This document shows positions 1 to 9,964 of a stretch of DNA of 53,876 nt, piece by piece; within the stretch, counting starts at the first letter, position 1; every line of letters starts with the position of its first letter. The notes beneath the pieces were generated by a model that searched no databases, had not been told where the DNA came from, and saw only the letters and a list, made by a program, of their open reading frames with translations. The DNA comes from an uncultured Clostridiaceae bacterium (GTDB lineage Bacteria > Bacillota > Clostridia > Lutisporales > Lutisporaceae), in NCBI GenBank assembly GCA_964593485.1, contig CAZQHS010000001.1, positions 11,779 to 65,654 of the forward strand, read 5' to 3'. A program made the position numbers and the translations under genes.

Positions 1-46
1 GTATTTTTGCAGATTCTTCGCTATTATTCAGATATCATAATAGTTG

Positions 47-1057
47 TTATTTTTCTTTAAACACATTACTCACATTATCAAGCATATCCCTTATGGGCAG
101 TTCGTATGGACAACGGCTTTCACAAATACCGCATTTTATACAATCATCCGCCTTTACATCAAAAGACCTATATCTTGAAACAGACCAGTCCTTAAGATCA
201 TAACGTGTAAAATAGGATTCCATTATAAACATCATAGGTATATCCATGTTTACAGCACAGGGCATACAATAACCACATCTGCGGCAGAAAGTATTGCCTA
301 ATTCTTTTGCAGTTTTTTCTATTTCCTGTCTCTCATCATCGGTTAACCTTACCCCATCTGCCGCTTCCGCGTTTATAACAACTTGTTCAATGCAATCCAT
401 GCCCGGTATTGCCACATTCAAATAAGGGCTTTCCAATATATATTTCAAAGCTTTTCGCCCATCGCGAAGGGCTCCCCCCGCCATAGGTTTCATTGCTATG
501 GTTCCTACGTTTTGTTCTACAGCTTTTTTAAATACTTCTTCCCCTTGTCTTTCAACGGCACTGAAAGGAAATTGAATAGTATCAAAAATATCTAATTTCA
601 ACGCCTCTTCCAAAATAGGCAGCTTGTGACTTGTTATTCCTATCTTTTTAATAATGCCATCTTTTTGCAGCTTAAGGAGGGCTTTTAAGGCACCCTTTTC
701 GCTTATAACTAATTCCAAATCCTCTATTGCACTTATGTTATGAAGCTGATATAAGTCGATATAATCGGTTCTAAAATCTTTCAATGATAATTCCACTTCG
801 GACAACATGTCATCTTTGCCTCTTACCATGGATTTCGTAGCCAGATATACTTTTTCTCTCTTACCGATTAAAGCGTTTCCCAGCAATTCTTCGCTTATAG
901 TATAGCCTCTTGCTGTATCTATAAAATTGATACCGGATTCTATTGCTTTTGCCATAATATTATTCACATTGTCTTGTTCCACATGTTGTATGGGTATACC
1001 GCCAAAGCCTATCCTTGATACATTGAATCCGGTTCTTCCCAAAACATTATAAAGCAT
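47..1057 (-). CDS. Aldo/keto reductase family oxidoreductase with C-terminal Fe-S cluster-binding extension
   Basis: 336-aa ORF. The N-terminal two thirds carry AKR-like motifs (GFGGIPIQ, IDTARGY, DLYQLH). The C-terminus has two Cys clusters, CRRCGYCMPC and CIKCGICESRCP, of 4Fe-4S ferredoxin type. Confidence 0.85.
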   Translation of the reverse strand: MLYNVLGRTGFNVSRIGFGGIPIQHVEQDNVNNIMAKAIESGINFIDTARGYTISEELLGNALIGKREKVYLATKSMVRGKDDMLSEVELSLKDFRTDYIDLYQLHNISAIEDLELVISEKGALKALLKLQKDGIIKKIGITSHKLPILEEALKLDIFDTIQFPFSAVERQGEEVFKKAVEQNVGTIAMKPMAGGALRDGRKALKYILESPYLNVAIPGMDCIEQVVINAEAADGVRLTDDERQEIEKTAKELGNTFCRRCGYCMPCAVNMDIPMMFIMESYFTRYDLKDWSVSRYRSFDVKADDCIKCGICESRCPYELPIRDMLDNVSNVFKEK

Positions 1058-1180
1058 TTTTGTTAATCGCCTCCTAAAACAACTTTCTTAAAGATTTGTT
1101 AAAAACAGTTTTTGCCAAATTCTATCATGTTCATAGCACAAAGGCTTGTCCATATTTCAGTAGAGATACCTACCTGATGT

Positions 1181-2140
1181 CTATATAGAAAGTATTTTTG
1201 CTAATTCATATAGGTGCCTATCGAACTTCTTTTCTGTTTTTAAAGCCACATCAAAATCCTCATCAATAATTTTGTTGTTTCTAATACCCACAACCCTGCC
1301 TCTTTTACCTTGGAGTAACAGTTCCACCGCTCTTGCCCCAAATCTGCTTGCCAATATTCGGTCAAAAGCCGTAGGGGCACCACCCCTTTGAAGATATCCC
1401 AATATTGTAATTCTGACTTCCATCCCTATTTTACTTTCTATGTCCTCTGCAAGTTTTATTGCATTACCCACGCCTTCGGATAACATTATTATACTGTGGA
1501 GTTTACCTCTGTTTTTACCTTGCAAAAGCTTCTTACATATGCTTTCAAAAGAGAATTCCATTTCCGGCACCACTATGCTTTCCGCTCCGCCTGCCAAACC
1601 TGAATAAAGTGCAATATCTCCTGATTTTCTACCCATTACTTCAATGATACTGACTCTCTCATGAGATGTAGTAGTATCTCTTATTTTATTTACGGCATCC
1701 AACACGGTGTTTAATGCCGTGTCAAATCCAATTGTACAGTCGGTAAAAGGCAAATCATTATCTATTGTGCTGGGAATGCCTATACAGGCGATACCTTTAT
1801 CCGATAAGGTTTTTGCACCTTTTAATGTGCCGTCTCCCCCAATAATTATTATTCCATCGAAATTAAATATATCAATAATGTTTAGTGCTTTTTCGATACC
1901 TTCATCCGTTTCAAATTCTTCGCATCTTGCTGTTCTGAGTATAGTTCCTCCCCTTTGAATTATATCAGCAACAGAAGATATATTCATTTCTACAACATCC
2001 CCATGAATCAGCCCGTTAAACCCTTTTTGAACACCATATACCCTAAGTTCATTATAAATAGAAAATCTAACTACTGCCCTTATAGCAGCATTCATTCCGG
2101 GGGAGTCACCGCCACTTGTCAGCACGGCAATGTTTTTCAT
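1181..2140 (-). CDS. pfkA: ATP-dependent 6-phosphofructokinase
   Basis: 319-aa ORF with canonical PFK motifs: [37 protein letters not shown] and LGYLQRGG. Confidence 0.95.
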   Translation of the reverse strand: MKNIAVLTSGGDSPGMNAAIRAVVRFSIYNELRVYGVQKGFNGLIHGDVVEMNISSVADIIQRGGTILRTARCEEFETDEGIEKALNIIDIFNFDGIIIIGGDGTLKGAKTLSDKGIACIGIPSTIDNDLPFTDCTIGFDTALNTVLDAVNKIRDTTTSHERVSIIEVMGRKSGDIALYSGLAGGAESIVVPEMEFSFESICKKLLQGKNRGKLHSIIMLSEGVGNAIKLAEDIESKIGMEVRITILGYLQRGGAPTAFDRILASRFGARAVELLLQGKRGRVVGIRNNKIIDEDFDVALKTEKKFDRHLYELAKILSI

Positions 2141-2169
2141 CTAAACCACCTCCATTGGTAACAACATTT

Positions 2170-2367
2170 TTAATAGCCCATTTCATACAGTATGTTTTGT
2201 GCCTCCTCCGCTTCGCATTCCGGCACTAAAATTTCATAATAACCCCGTTCGCTTTCGAATCTTTTGCCTACTGATTGAACCTTAACCAGCATCCCTTCTT
2301 CAGTCAAAAGTTTCTCCACCTTTTCGGCCATCTTTTTACTTTGAGCGATATATATAGCAGTCCACAT
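2170..2367 (-). CDS. Small conserved hypothetical protein (65 aa), possibly a DUF2007-like fold
   Basis: Compact ORF co-directional between dnaE and pfkA. The beta-alpha-beta pattern (AIYIAQSKKMAEKVEKLLTEEGMLVKV) resembles small signal-transducing-like proteins. The family assignment is weak. Confidence 0.5.
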   Translation of the reverse strand: MWTAIYIAQSKKMAEKVEKLLTEEGMLVKVQSVGKRFESERGYYEILVPECEAEEAQNILYEMGY

Positions 2368-2434
2368 TTCAAAAAGCCTCCTTTTGCCAAGTCACCGTTG
2401 AATCCTTAATGTTAAATTTATTCTAATAGAAATC

Positions 2435-5400
2435 TTATCTCAAGGCAACACATTCATCACCGCAAGTCTTTTTTAAGTCATCTATAAGATTTTCATTCAC
2501 GTTAACCCAGATACTCCGGTCAGCTTTCATCATTACGGTTTTTCCTGAAACCCTTTTTGCTTCATCTATCACATATACCGGTTGTTCCCCGGGGCTTTTA
2601 CATAGTATGTTTTTTACGATTTGCAACATTTTGGGATTTTTTTGAGAATCAATCTTTATGTAAAGCTTTGAATCTTTTATTCTCTCCATGGCTTTATTTC
2701 CTTTTGAATTTCTCACAGGTCTGATTTTTTCACATATAATTTTAGCATCTTCTTCTTCTTTTATACTGACCCTACCTTCGATGATGATTATATTATCATT
2801 TTTTAATAAATACTCATACTCTTCATATGTTTTAGGAAAAACTATTACTTCTATTAAACCGCAAAGGTCTTCCACTTCAACGAAGGCCATCATTATGTTG
2901 TTTTTCGTCGCCTTTGGTTTTACGGATACAACGATGCCTCCAATTATCACTCTTTTGCCGTCGTAGTTGTAGGCGTAGCCATCCTCATTAACCGCTTTTA
3001 TAATTTCACCGGTATTTATCGAAGTTTTTTCTTCCAAATCCTTCTTATACTCCAATAACGGATGTCCGCTTATATATAGCCCCAACATTTCCTTCTCCAT
3101 GGCCAACATAATATTTTGGGGATATTCATTGAGCTCCGGATATATATCATCATCTATGGGCATAGTGCAATTATCATCTTCAAACAAAGACATCTGCCCT
3201 TTTATATTTACTTTTCTTTGATCTTGTATACAGTCCATAAGTTTTTCATAAACCGCCATCATTTTACTACGATATATGTTAAAACAATCAAATGCACCAC
3301 ATTTTATTAAGCTTTCTACAGTTCTTTTATTTACAACACTCAGGTCCACCTTATTCAAGAAATCGTACAGGTTTTCAAAGTCCCCCTTGCTTCTTTTAGC
3401 TTCTATTATTGAGTTAATGGCATTAACACCAACATTTTTTATAGCTGCCAAACCGAACCTGACTTTATTTCCTTTAACCGTAAAGCCTATACTGCTTTCA
3501 TTTATAACAGGCGGCAATATATCGATATCAAGCTTCTTACACTCAGACACATATTCTGCAACCTTGTTGCTGTTGTCCATTACGCTTGTTATCAATGCTG
3601 CTGTAAACTGCACTTTATAATAATACTTGAGCCAAGCTGTTTGATAAGCAATCACGGCATAGGCGGCAGCATGGGATTTGTTAAATCCGTATTTTGCAAA
3701 CTCGGACATATCATCAAATATTTTTTCGGCTGTGCTTTTATCTATTCCGTTTCTAATACAGCCCGGAACTATAATGTCCCCTTTCTTATCTGTTGCACCG
3801 TTAATAAAAATTTCTTTTTCTCTTGCCATGACATCAGCCTTTTTCTTGGACATGGCTCTTCTTACCAGGTCGGATCTTCCCATTGAATATCCTGCCAGAT
3901 CCCTAAATACCTGCATTACTTGTTCCTGATATACTACGCAACCGTAGGTAACGGCAAGGATACTTTTCAATTTATCATGCAAATATATGATCTTTTTCGG
4001 ATCTTTTTTATTTTTTATATAACGAGGAATTTGATCCATGGGTCCCGGTCTGAACAGGGATACTCCCGCAATTATATCTTCCATGGAACTTGGCTTCAAT
4101 TCCTTAAAGAACTGGGTCATACCGGTGCTTTCCAATTGGAATACACCGTAAGTCTCCCCTTCCGATATCATCTTAAATACGTTGCCATCCTCATAATCAA
4201 TCTTTGAAATATCAGGCACCGTAAGCCCTTGCCCCTCAATGATTCTTAGCGTATCTCTCATTACCGTCAAGGTTCTGAGTCCTAAAAAATCCATCTTCAA
4301 AAGCCCCAGCTCCTCCAAAGTGCCCATGGGAAACTGAGTTGTGATAACATTATCACTCATTTGGAGAGGTACATAATTGACAATATCTTCTTTAGAAATT
4401 ACAACACCCGCTGCGTGGGTAGAGGCATGTCTGGATATTCCTTCAAGAGCCTTGGCCATATCTATGAGTTCTTTTATCTCCTCATTGTTCTCATAATCAT
4501 TTTTCAATTTATTGTTTATATTCAAGGCCTTATCAATGGTCATTCCTATTTCCATGGGAATGCTTTTTGCCACAATATCCACTTCTCCATAAGGAATATT
4601 CAAAGCCCTTCCTACATCCCTGATTGCTGCTCTGGCAGCCATAGTACCGAAAGTGATTATTTGTGCCACTCTCTCTTTTCCGTATTTCCTTATAACATAA
4701 TCTATTACTTCTTGTCTTCTTTCATAGCAAAAATCAATATCAAAATCCGGCATGCTTATTCTCTCCGGGTTCAAAAATCTTTCAAAAATCAAATTATAGC
4801 GAATAGGGTCGATATCGGTTATATCAATTGCATAGGCCACAATGCTGCCGGCACCGGAGCCCCTGCCGGGACCTACCATAATATCCGCTTCTTTTGCAAA
4901 CCTTACATAATCCCAAACAATTAAAAAATAATCCGCATAACCCATTTTTTTAATGATGGAAAGTTCATAATTCATTCTGTCAATTAATTCTTTGTTTACG
5001 TCTTTATACTTTTTTTCCAGCCCGATTTCACAAATATACTTTAAGTATGAATCCGATGTGTAACCATCTGGTACTATAAATTCAGGTAAATGAATTTCGC
5101 CAAAAGTAAAATCCACCTTGCACCTTTCTGCAATTTTTACTGTGTTTTCTAAAGCCTCCGGTGTCAGTGCAAACAAATCAAACATCTCTTCAGGTGACTT
5201 TATATAAAACTCATCACTTTCAAAACTCATTCGCTTTTCATCATCTACTGTCTTGCCTGTTTGAATACATAGCAAAATATCATGTACTTTTGCATCTTTT
5301 TTATTCACATAATGAACATCATTGGTAGCCACAAGAGGTATTCCCGTTTCTTTTGACATTCTGATTAATTCTTTATTAACCAAAATCTGTTCTTCCATGC

Positions 5401-5935
5401 CATGGTTCTGCAATTCTAAATAAAAGTTCCCTTTTCCGAATATTTGTGAATATTTAATTGCTTCATTTTTAGCTCTTTCATAGTTTCCGTTCATGATTAA
5501 TTTAGGAACGGAACCGGCTAAGCATGCACTTAAGGCAATTAAACCCTCAGAATGCAGGCTTAACAAATCCATATCAACCCTTGGCTTATAGTAAAATCCG
5601 TTTATAAAACCTTGTGATACCAAATAAATCAGGTTTTTGTACCCAACTTCATTTTCAGCCAATAAGACTAAATGATATTGTTCGCTGTCAAACTTGGGAT
5701 CCTTGTCCACCATTCGTCGTGGGGATACATATACTTCGCAGCCTATAATGGGTTTTATGCCATTCTTTATTGCATTTTTATAAAAATTAACCACACCGTA
5801 CATGGTGCCATGATCTGTGATGGCAACCGAATCCATGCCTAATTCTTTAACCTTTTTTATTATATCATCTAAACGACCGGCACCGTCCAATAGGCTGTAC
5901 TCTGTATGTAAATGTAAGTGTACAAAATTTTTCAT
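2435..5935 (-). CDS. dnaE: DNA polymerase III alpha subunit
   Basis: About 1166 aa, with an N-terminal PHP domain (HLHLHTEYSLLDG), a pol III alpha core (GLLKMDFLGLRTL, FNKSHAAAYA) and a C-terminal OB fold. The start was moved to the ATG at 5935 because GGAGG sits 8 nt upstream. The tracked TTG at 5950 lies inside that SD. Confidence 0.97.
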   Translation of the reverse strand: MKNFVHLHLHTEYSLLDGAGRLDDIIKKVKELGMDSVAITDHGTMYGVVNFYKNAIKNGIKPIIGCEVYVSPRRMVDKDPKFDSEQYHLVLLAENEVGYKNLIYLVSQGFINGFYYKPRVDMDLLSLHSEGLIALSACLAGSVPKLIMNGNYERAKNEAIKYSQIFGKGNFYLELQNHGMEEQILVNKELIRMSKETGIPLVATNDVHYVNKKDAKVHDILLCIQTGKTVDDEKRMSFESDEFYIKSPEEMFDLFALTPEALENTVKIAERCKVDFTFGEIHLPEFIVPDGYTSDSYLKYICEIGLEKKYKDVNKELIDRMNYELSIIKKMGYADYFLIVWDYVRFAKEADIMVGPGRGSGAGSIVAYAIDITDIDPIRYNLIFERFLNPERISMPDFDIDFCYERRQEVIDYVIRKYGKERVAQIITFGTMAARAAIRDVGRALNIPYGEVDIVAKSIPMEIGMTIDKALNINNKLKNDYENNEEIKELIDMAKALEGISRHASTHAAGVVISKEDIVNYVPLQMSDNVITTQFPMGTLEELGLLKMDFLGLRTLTVMRDTLRIIEGQGLTVPDISKIDYEDGNVFKMISEGETYGVFQLESTGMTQFFKELKPSSMEDIIAGVSLFRPGPMDQIPRYIKNKKDPKKIIYLHDKLKSILAVTYGCVVYQEQVMQVFRDLAGYSMGRSDLVRRAMSKKKADVMAREKEIFINGATDKKGDIIVPGCIRNGIDKSTAEKIFDDMSEFAKYGFNKSHAAAYAVIAYQTAWLKYYYKVQFTAALITSVMDNSNKVAEYVSECKKLDIDILPPVINESSIGFTVKGNKVRFGLAAIKNVGVNAINSIIEAKRSKGDFENLYDFLNKVDLSVVNKRTVESLIKCGAFDCFNIYRSKMMAVYEKLMDCIQDQRKVNIKGQMSLFEDDNCTMPIDDDIYPELNEYPQNIMLAMEKEMLGLYISGHPLLEYKKDLEEKTSINTGEIIKAVNEDGYAYNYDGKRVIIGGIVVSVKPKATKNNIMMAFVEVEDLCGLIEVIVFPKTYEEYEYLLKNDNIIIIEGRVSIKEEEDAKIICEKIRPVRNSKGNKAMERIKDSKLYIKIDSQKNPKMLQIVKNILCKSPGEQPVYVIDEAKRVSGKTVMMKADRSIWVNVNENLIDDLKKTCGDECVALR

Positions 5936-5997
5936 TTCTAAGTCCTCCAAATAATTTGAAAAGCCTTATTTAAGCTGTAATCATCAAAACCATAAAA

Positions 5998-6078
5998 GAC
6001 TTTTCTCTACCGGTATGCAATCAAATTCTCTTATAACAAGATTACAGTAAAGAGTTCGTAAAAACAAAACTCTACCCG
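5998..6078 (+). repeat. About 80-bp dispersed repeat, copy 1; partner at 33481-33559 in opposite orientation
   Basis: The 26-mer TTATAACAAGATTACAGTAAAGAGTT (6031-6056) and the 19-mer AAAAACAAAACTCTACCCG (6060-6078) are identical to the reverse complement of 33506-33531 and 33481-33499. The upstream GACTTTTC..ATGCA.TCAAATT is also shared. Confidence 0.8.
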
Positions 6079-6229
6079 AGCGTTTCATCGAGGTGGGAGA
6101 TATGCTCACCACCTATTTTACAAAAATGAACTGGAAATCCATGGATTTCCCTTATAGAAGCAGGAAATATCTTTACACCTCGTTATAATCCTATATGCAA
6201 TTAAGAAAATTCCTGATCTTTATTTTTCT

Positions 6230-7495
6230 TTACCGGCCTAACAGCTTAAATATATTCCTTTTATACATTTCAACACCGGGTTGATCAAAAGGATTAACAT
6301 TAATGATATACCCTGAAACGGCACAAGCTTTTTGAAAGAAATAAGCTAAATGTCCAAAGTAGTAAGGGGTTTTCTCGGGAATATCTATAGTTATCACAGG
6401 TACCCCGCCACTTTCGTGTGCTTCTTTCACACCTTCATAAGCTATATCATTAATATAGTTTAAAGATTTACCGTGCAAATAGTTGAGTTCATCCATATTT
6501 TCCGTATCATAGGGTATTATCACATCATCAGAGCTTGATTTAAAGTTTAATACAGTCTCGAAGATACATTTTGTACCTTCCTGGAGAAATTGTCCCATGG
6601 AATGCAAATCAGCGGTAAATTGCATGGAAGCCGGAAATATTCCTTTTCCATCTTTTCCTTCGCTTTCTCCAAAAAGTTGTTTCCACCATTCAGCAAAATA
6701 TAGCATAGATGGTTCATAGCTCACCAATACCTCTACGGATTTTCCCATTCTATAAAGCATATTTCTTATAGCGGCATACATATAAGATAGGTTCTCATCT
6801 ATGCTTTCATTACTATATAAGCAATAAGCATCTCTTGCACCATCAATTATTTCGTATATATCAATTCCCGCCGCTGCTATAGTCAGTAGACCGGCAGGTG
6901 TAAATACGGAATATCTGCCTCCTATATTATCCGGTATGGTAAAACTCTTATAGCCCTCTATATCCGTAATAGTTTTCAGTACTCCTTTTGCTTTATCGGT
7001 AACGGCTATAATCCTTTTCCTTGCCTTTTCTTTCCCGTATTTTTTTATCAAGACATCTTTTAGTATTCTGAAGGCCAGTGCGGTTTCCAAGGTTGTACCT
7101 GATTTTGAAATCACAATAATACTAAAATCCCTGGACTCTATATAATCTAAAATCTTTTTTAAGTACTGTCCGCTTAGGTTATTGCCTGCAAAGATAACTT
7201 TATCATCTTCCCATCCTAACATCTCTATTGCAGCCTTGCCCCCTAAATAAGAACCGCCTATTCCCAAAGAAATAATAGTATCAGAAATGTCCCTAAGACT
7301 CTTTGCTGCTGTTACAATTTCATTTAATTCGTACATATCCGTTCTCAAAGGTATGTCCAGCCATCCTAAAGGCATTTTTTCATACTCTTCTTTACTGTGA
7401 ATTACCCTATGAATGTCTTTGATATTGTTTTTTATTTCATTCATTATCTTACTATCAACAAAACAACTATTGAAATTAATATTAATTGCATCCAT
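6230..7495 (-). CDS. pgi: Glucose-6-phosphate isomerase
   Basis: 421-aa ORF with PGI motifs GIGGSYLG, ISKSGTTLET, GGRYSV and GESEGKDGKG. Confidence 0.93.
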   Translation of the reverse strand: MDAININFNSCFVDSKIMNEIKNNIKDIHRVIHSKEEYEKMPLGWLDIPLRTDMYELNEIVTAAKSLRDISDTIISLGIGGSYLGGKAAIEMLGWEDDKVIFAGNNLSGQYLKKILDYIESRDFSIIVISKSGTTLETALAFRILKDVLIKKYGKEKARKRIIAVTDKAKGVLKTITDIEGYKSFTIPDNIGGRYSVFTPAGLLTIAAAGIDIYEIIDGARDAYCLYSNESIDENLSYMYAAIRNMLYRMGKSVEVLVSYEPSMLYFAEWWKQLFGESEGKDGKGIFPASMQFTADLHSMGQFLQEGTKCIFETVLNFKSSSDDVIIPYDTENMDELNYLHGKSLNYINDIAYEGVKEAHESGGVPVITIDIPEKTPYYFGHLAYFFQKACAVSGYIINVNPFDQPGVEMYKRNIFKLLGR

Positions 7496-7535
7496 AGATT
7501 TTACCTCCTATATTTAGCGAAATAAGTACCAATTA

Positions 7536-8489
7536 TTATACGTGAAATTTGTTTTTTAAGTCTTCTGCTATTTGGTCAAGTCTGCGAAGCCTGTGGTTCA
7601 CTCCGGATTTGCCTATGGAGGGATTCATTACTTCGCCTAATTCGGATAGACTGTAATCTTGATGCAACAGCCTCAATTCAGCCATATCTCTTAAACTTTT
7701 AGGAAGCTTTTTCAACCCCAAGTTATCTTTAATATATTGAATATTGTTTATTTGACGCATTGCTGCATTCACTGTTTTACTAAGATTAGCCGTTTCACAA
7801 TTAACCAACCTATTTACATTATTTCTCATTTCCTTGAAAATCCTTATATTTTCAATATTCAATAGTGCATTATGAGCCCCGATGATATTTAAAAAATCAA
7901 CTATATTTTCACTTTCTTTCATGTATACAACATAGTTGTTTTTCCTTATAACGATTTTTGCGTTTAGTCCGTAAGTATTAATCAAATCCTTAACATCCCC
8001 GGCGTAGGATTTGTTATTGGTTACTATTTCTATATGGTAGGCTTTTTCCGGATCACTGATGGAGCCTCCTCCTAAAAAAACACCTCTCAAATATGCCTTT
8101 TTGCAACAATTATTCTCAATTAATTTCTTTGGAATTCTATGATTAACTTTAATTCTCATCCCTGTTTTTAAAATTCCCAGGGAAATCAATAATTCCTCCG
8201 AAGAGTTTTCGGGACCAATCAATAGGGTATAGCTATATTTCCTTTTGAACTGTCTATTTTTTGTCATCATAACTCGGGTGTGTATGGAATAGTTGGTTTT
8301 TAGCAAGGTAAAAATCCTTCTTGCAATTGCGGCATTTTCCGTAGTAAGCCGAATTCCTATTTGATTATTACCTGTAATTTGAATAGTTCCCGATAATTTG
8401 ATAAGAGCCGATAATTCTGCTTTTGGGCAACAGCTTTCTTCTATATTAATTTTTGAAATTTCGTTTTTAACGTTTGATGAAAAGGACAT
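7536..8489 (-). CDS. whiA: DNA-binding sporulation/cell-division regulator WhiA
   Basis: 317 aa. It has the typical WhiA N-terminus (MSFSSNVKNEI), a degenerate LAGLIDADG-like core (AYLRGVFLGGGSISDPEKAYHIE) and a C-terminal HTH (LSELGEVMNPSIGKSGVNHRLRRL). Confidence 0.93.
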   Translation of the reverse strand: MSFSSNVKNEISKINIEESCCPKAELSALIKLSGTIQITGNNQIGIRLTTENAAIARRIFTLLKTNYSIHTRVMMTKNRQFKRKYSYTLLIGPENSSEELLISLGILKTGMRIKVNHRIPKKLIENNCCKKAYLRGVFLGGGSISDPEKAYHIEIVTNNKSYAGDVKDLINTYGLNAKIVIRKNNYVVYMKESENIVDFLNIIGAHNALLNIENIRIFKEMRNNVNRLVNCETANLSKTVNAAMRQINNIQYIKDNLGLKKLPKSLRDMAELRLLHQDYSLSELGEVMNPSIGKSGVNHRLRRLDQIAEDLKNKFHV

Positions 8490-8501
8490 AAAAGCACTCC
8501 T

Positions 8502-9026
8502 TTATCTGAGAACTCCGAATTTATTCAAAGGCCATAACCTAAAAACAGCTCTACCTATTATATTTTGCCTTTTTACAAACCCTAATGTTTCGGATCTGCT
8601 ATCCCTGCTTTCAACCCTATTATCCCCTAATACGAAATACTCATCATCTGCAGTTTTTGATTTTTCAAAACCATTCTCATATGTAGGAATATCAGTATAA
8701 TCCGGTGAAAGTGCATTTCCGTTTATATATATAGCACCATCGCTTATTTCCAAGTCCTCATTGGGTTCACCTATTACTCTTTTTATTAAATCCTTGTTAT
8801 CTATCTTATCATTGATTACAACAATCTCTCCCCTTTTAGGTTTTCCTATCCTATAACTTAGTTTGGAAACAATCAAAATTTGTCCCTGCCTTAATGTTGG
8901 CTGCATTGAAGGTCCTTTAACGAAAGCTATCTGAAAAATAAAAGTCTTTATTGCAAAGGCAAGTATAAATGCAGTTGCAATCAGTTTAATCCAAGACAAA
9001 ATTTCTTCCTTTATATTCTCGTCCAA
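8502..9026 (-). CDS. lepB: Signal peptidase I
   Basis: 174 aa with an N-terminal TM segment, catalytic Ser box GPSMQPTL, Lys box KRVIG and box E GDNRVESRDSR. Confidence 0.9.
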   Translation of the reverse strand: MDENIKEEILSWIKLIATAFILAFAIKTFIFQIAFVKGPSMQPTLRQGQILIVSKLSYRIGKPKRGEIVVINDKIDNKDLIKRVIGEPNEDLEISDGAIYINGNALSPDYTDIPTYENGFEKSKTADDEYFVLGDNRVESRDSRSETLGFVKRQNIIGRAVFRLWPLNKFGVLR

Positions 9027-9062
9027 TTACTTTACATCTCCTTAAATGTATTTATATAATAT

Positions 9063-9944
9063 TTAATTTTCCTTTGATTGACTGCTTTTTTCCTCGTCTA
9101 TATCCCTATGGTTAATAATTACTCTGTGTTCCTTATCTTTAAGAGTTTGGCTAAGAAGATTTGATATTGTTACCGACCTATGTCTGCCTCCGGTACACCC
9201 AACAGCAATAACCAATTGGGTTTTTCCTTCTCTGATATAATAGGGTATTAAATACGCAATCAAATCAAATAGTTTATCTGAAAACACTAAGGCTTCCGGC
9301 CATTTCATGACATAATCCCGTACTTTCTTATCATTTCCACTTAGTTTTTTCAAACTTTCTATATAATATGGATTCGGTAAGAATCTAACATCAAAAACCA
9401 GATCCGCATCCAATGGAATGCCATATTTGAATCCAAAGGAAATAATATGTATAATGAGCTTTTCCGTCTTGCCCCCTTCTACAAAAAGATGTTGCATTTC
9501 CTGCTTTAATTGAGCTGTACTCATGTTAGTGGTGTCAATTAAATATGTGGAGATCCCTTTAATCTCCTCTAATTTCTTTCTTTCCTCATCTATGCCTTTT
9601 ATTATCCTACCGTCAAAAGCCAAAGGATGCATCCTCCTGCTCGTTTTAAATCTTTTTATTAATGTTTCATCAGAGGCTTCAAGAAATAGAATGTCATATT
9701 TAAAGCCTTCCTTTTGCAATTCATCAAGGCTTGAATGTAACTGGTCAAAAAATTTACCACCACGGATATCGGTAACAACAGCTATCTTGTCAATAGTACC
9801 TCTGCTTTGACTGCAAACCTCCGCAAACTTGAGAATCAAGGACGGTGGAAGATTATCAACGCAAAAATAACCCAAATCCTCCAAAAATTTCACAGCTTGG
9901 CTTTTACCCGCACCTGAAAGTCCTGTTACAATAATAAATTTCAT
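9063..9944 (-). CDS. rapZ: RNase adapter / nucleotide-binding protein RapZ (YvcJ family)
   Basis: 293 aa with Walker A GLSGAGKS near the N-terminus and the conserved C-terminal [10 protein letters not shown] motif. Confidence 0.93.
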   Translation of the reverse strand: MKFIIVTGLSGAGKSQAVKFLEDLGYFCVDNLPPSLILKFAEVCSQSRGTIDKIAVVTDIRGGKFFDQLHSSLDELQKEGFKYDILFLEASDETLIKRFKTSRRMHPLAFDGRIIKGIDEERKKLEEIKGISTYLIDTTNMSTAQLKQEMQHLFVEGGKTEKLIIHIISFGFKYGIPLDADLVFDVRFLPNPYYIESLKKLSGNDKKVRDYVMKWPEALVFSDKLFDLIAYLIPYYIREGKTQLVIAVGCTGGRHRSVTISNLLSQTLKDKEHRVIINHRDIDEEKSSQSKEN

Positions 9945-9964
9945 TGATTATTCCCCCTGCGGCA

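Noticed and set aside
2688-5000. Multiple plus-strand ORFs of 60-190 aa inside dnaE. Similar ORFs lie inside uvrA, uvrB, uvrC, leuS, alr, the GT4-CsaB gene and others (for example 4361-4924, 20341-20757, 42878-43402, 49328-49843).
   Set aside because: All are antisense to long, well-supported genes. They are hydrophobic and low-complexity, with no SD motifs. I treat them as frame shadows.
5936-5950. N-terminal extensions in the ORF track starting at TTG or GTG. Affected genes: dnaE, the 836-aa glycosidase, the solute-binding protein, the 186-aa protein, uvrA, pspC, znuB, ftsE, the transketolase subunits and mazF.
   Set aside because: In each case the tracked start codon lies within or before a GGAGG-type Shine-Dalgarno sequence that is correctly spaced for a downstream ATG, GTG or TTG. 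The downstream start also gives the family-typical N-terminus.
6133-6150. Perfect 18-bp palindrome GGAAATCCATGGATTTCC between pgi and dnaE, considered as a pgi terminator
   Set aside because: The palindrome has no loop, the stem is AT-rich, and only a modest T-tract follows on the minus strand. It may be a weak terminator or a protein site, but the evidence is insufficient to annotate it.
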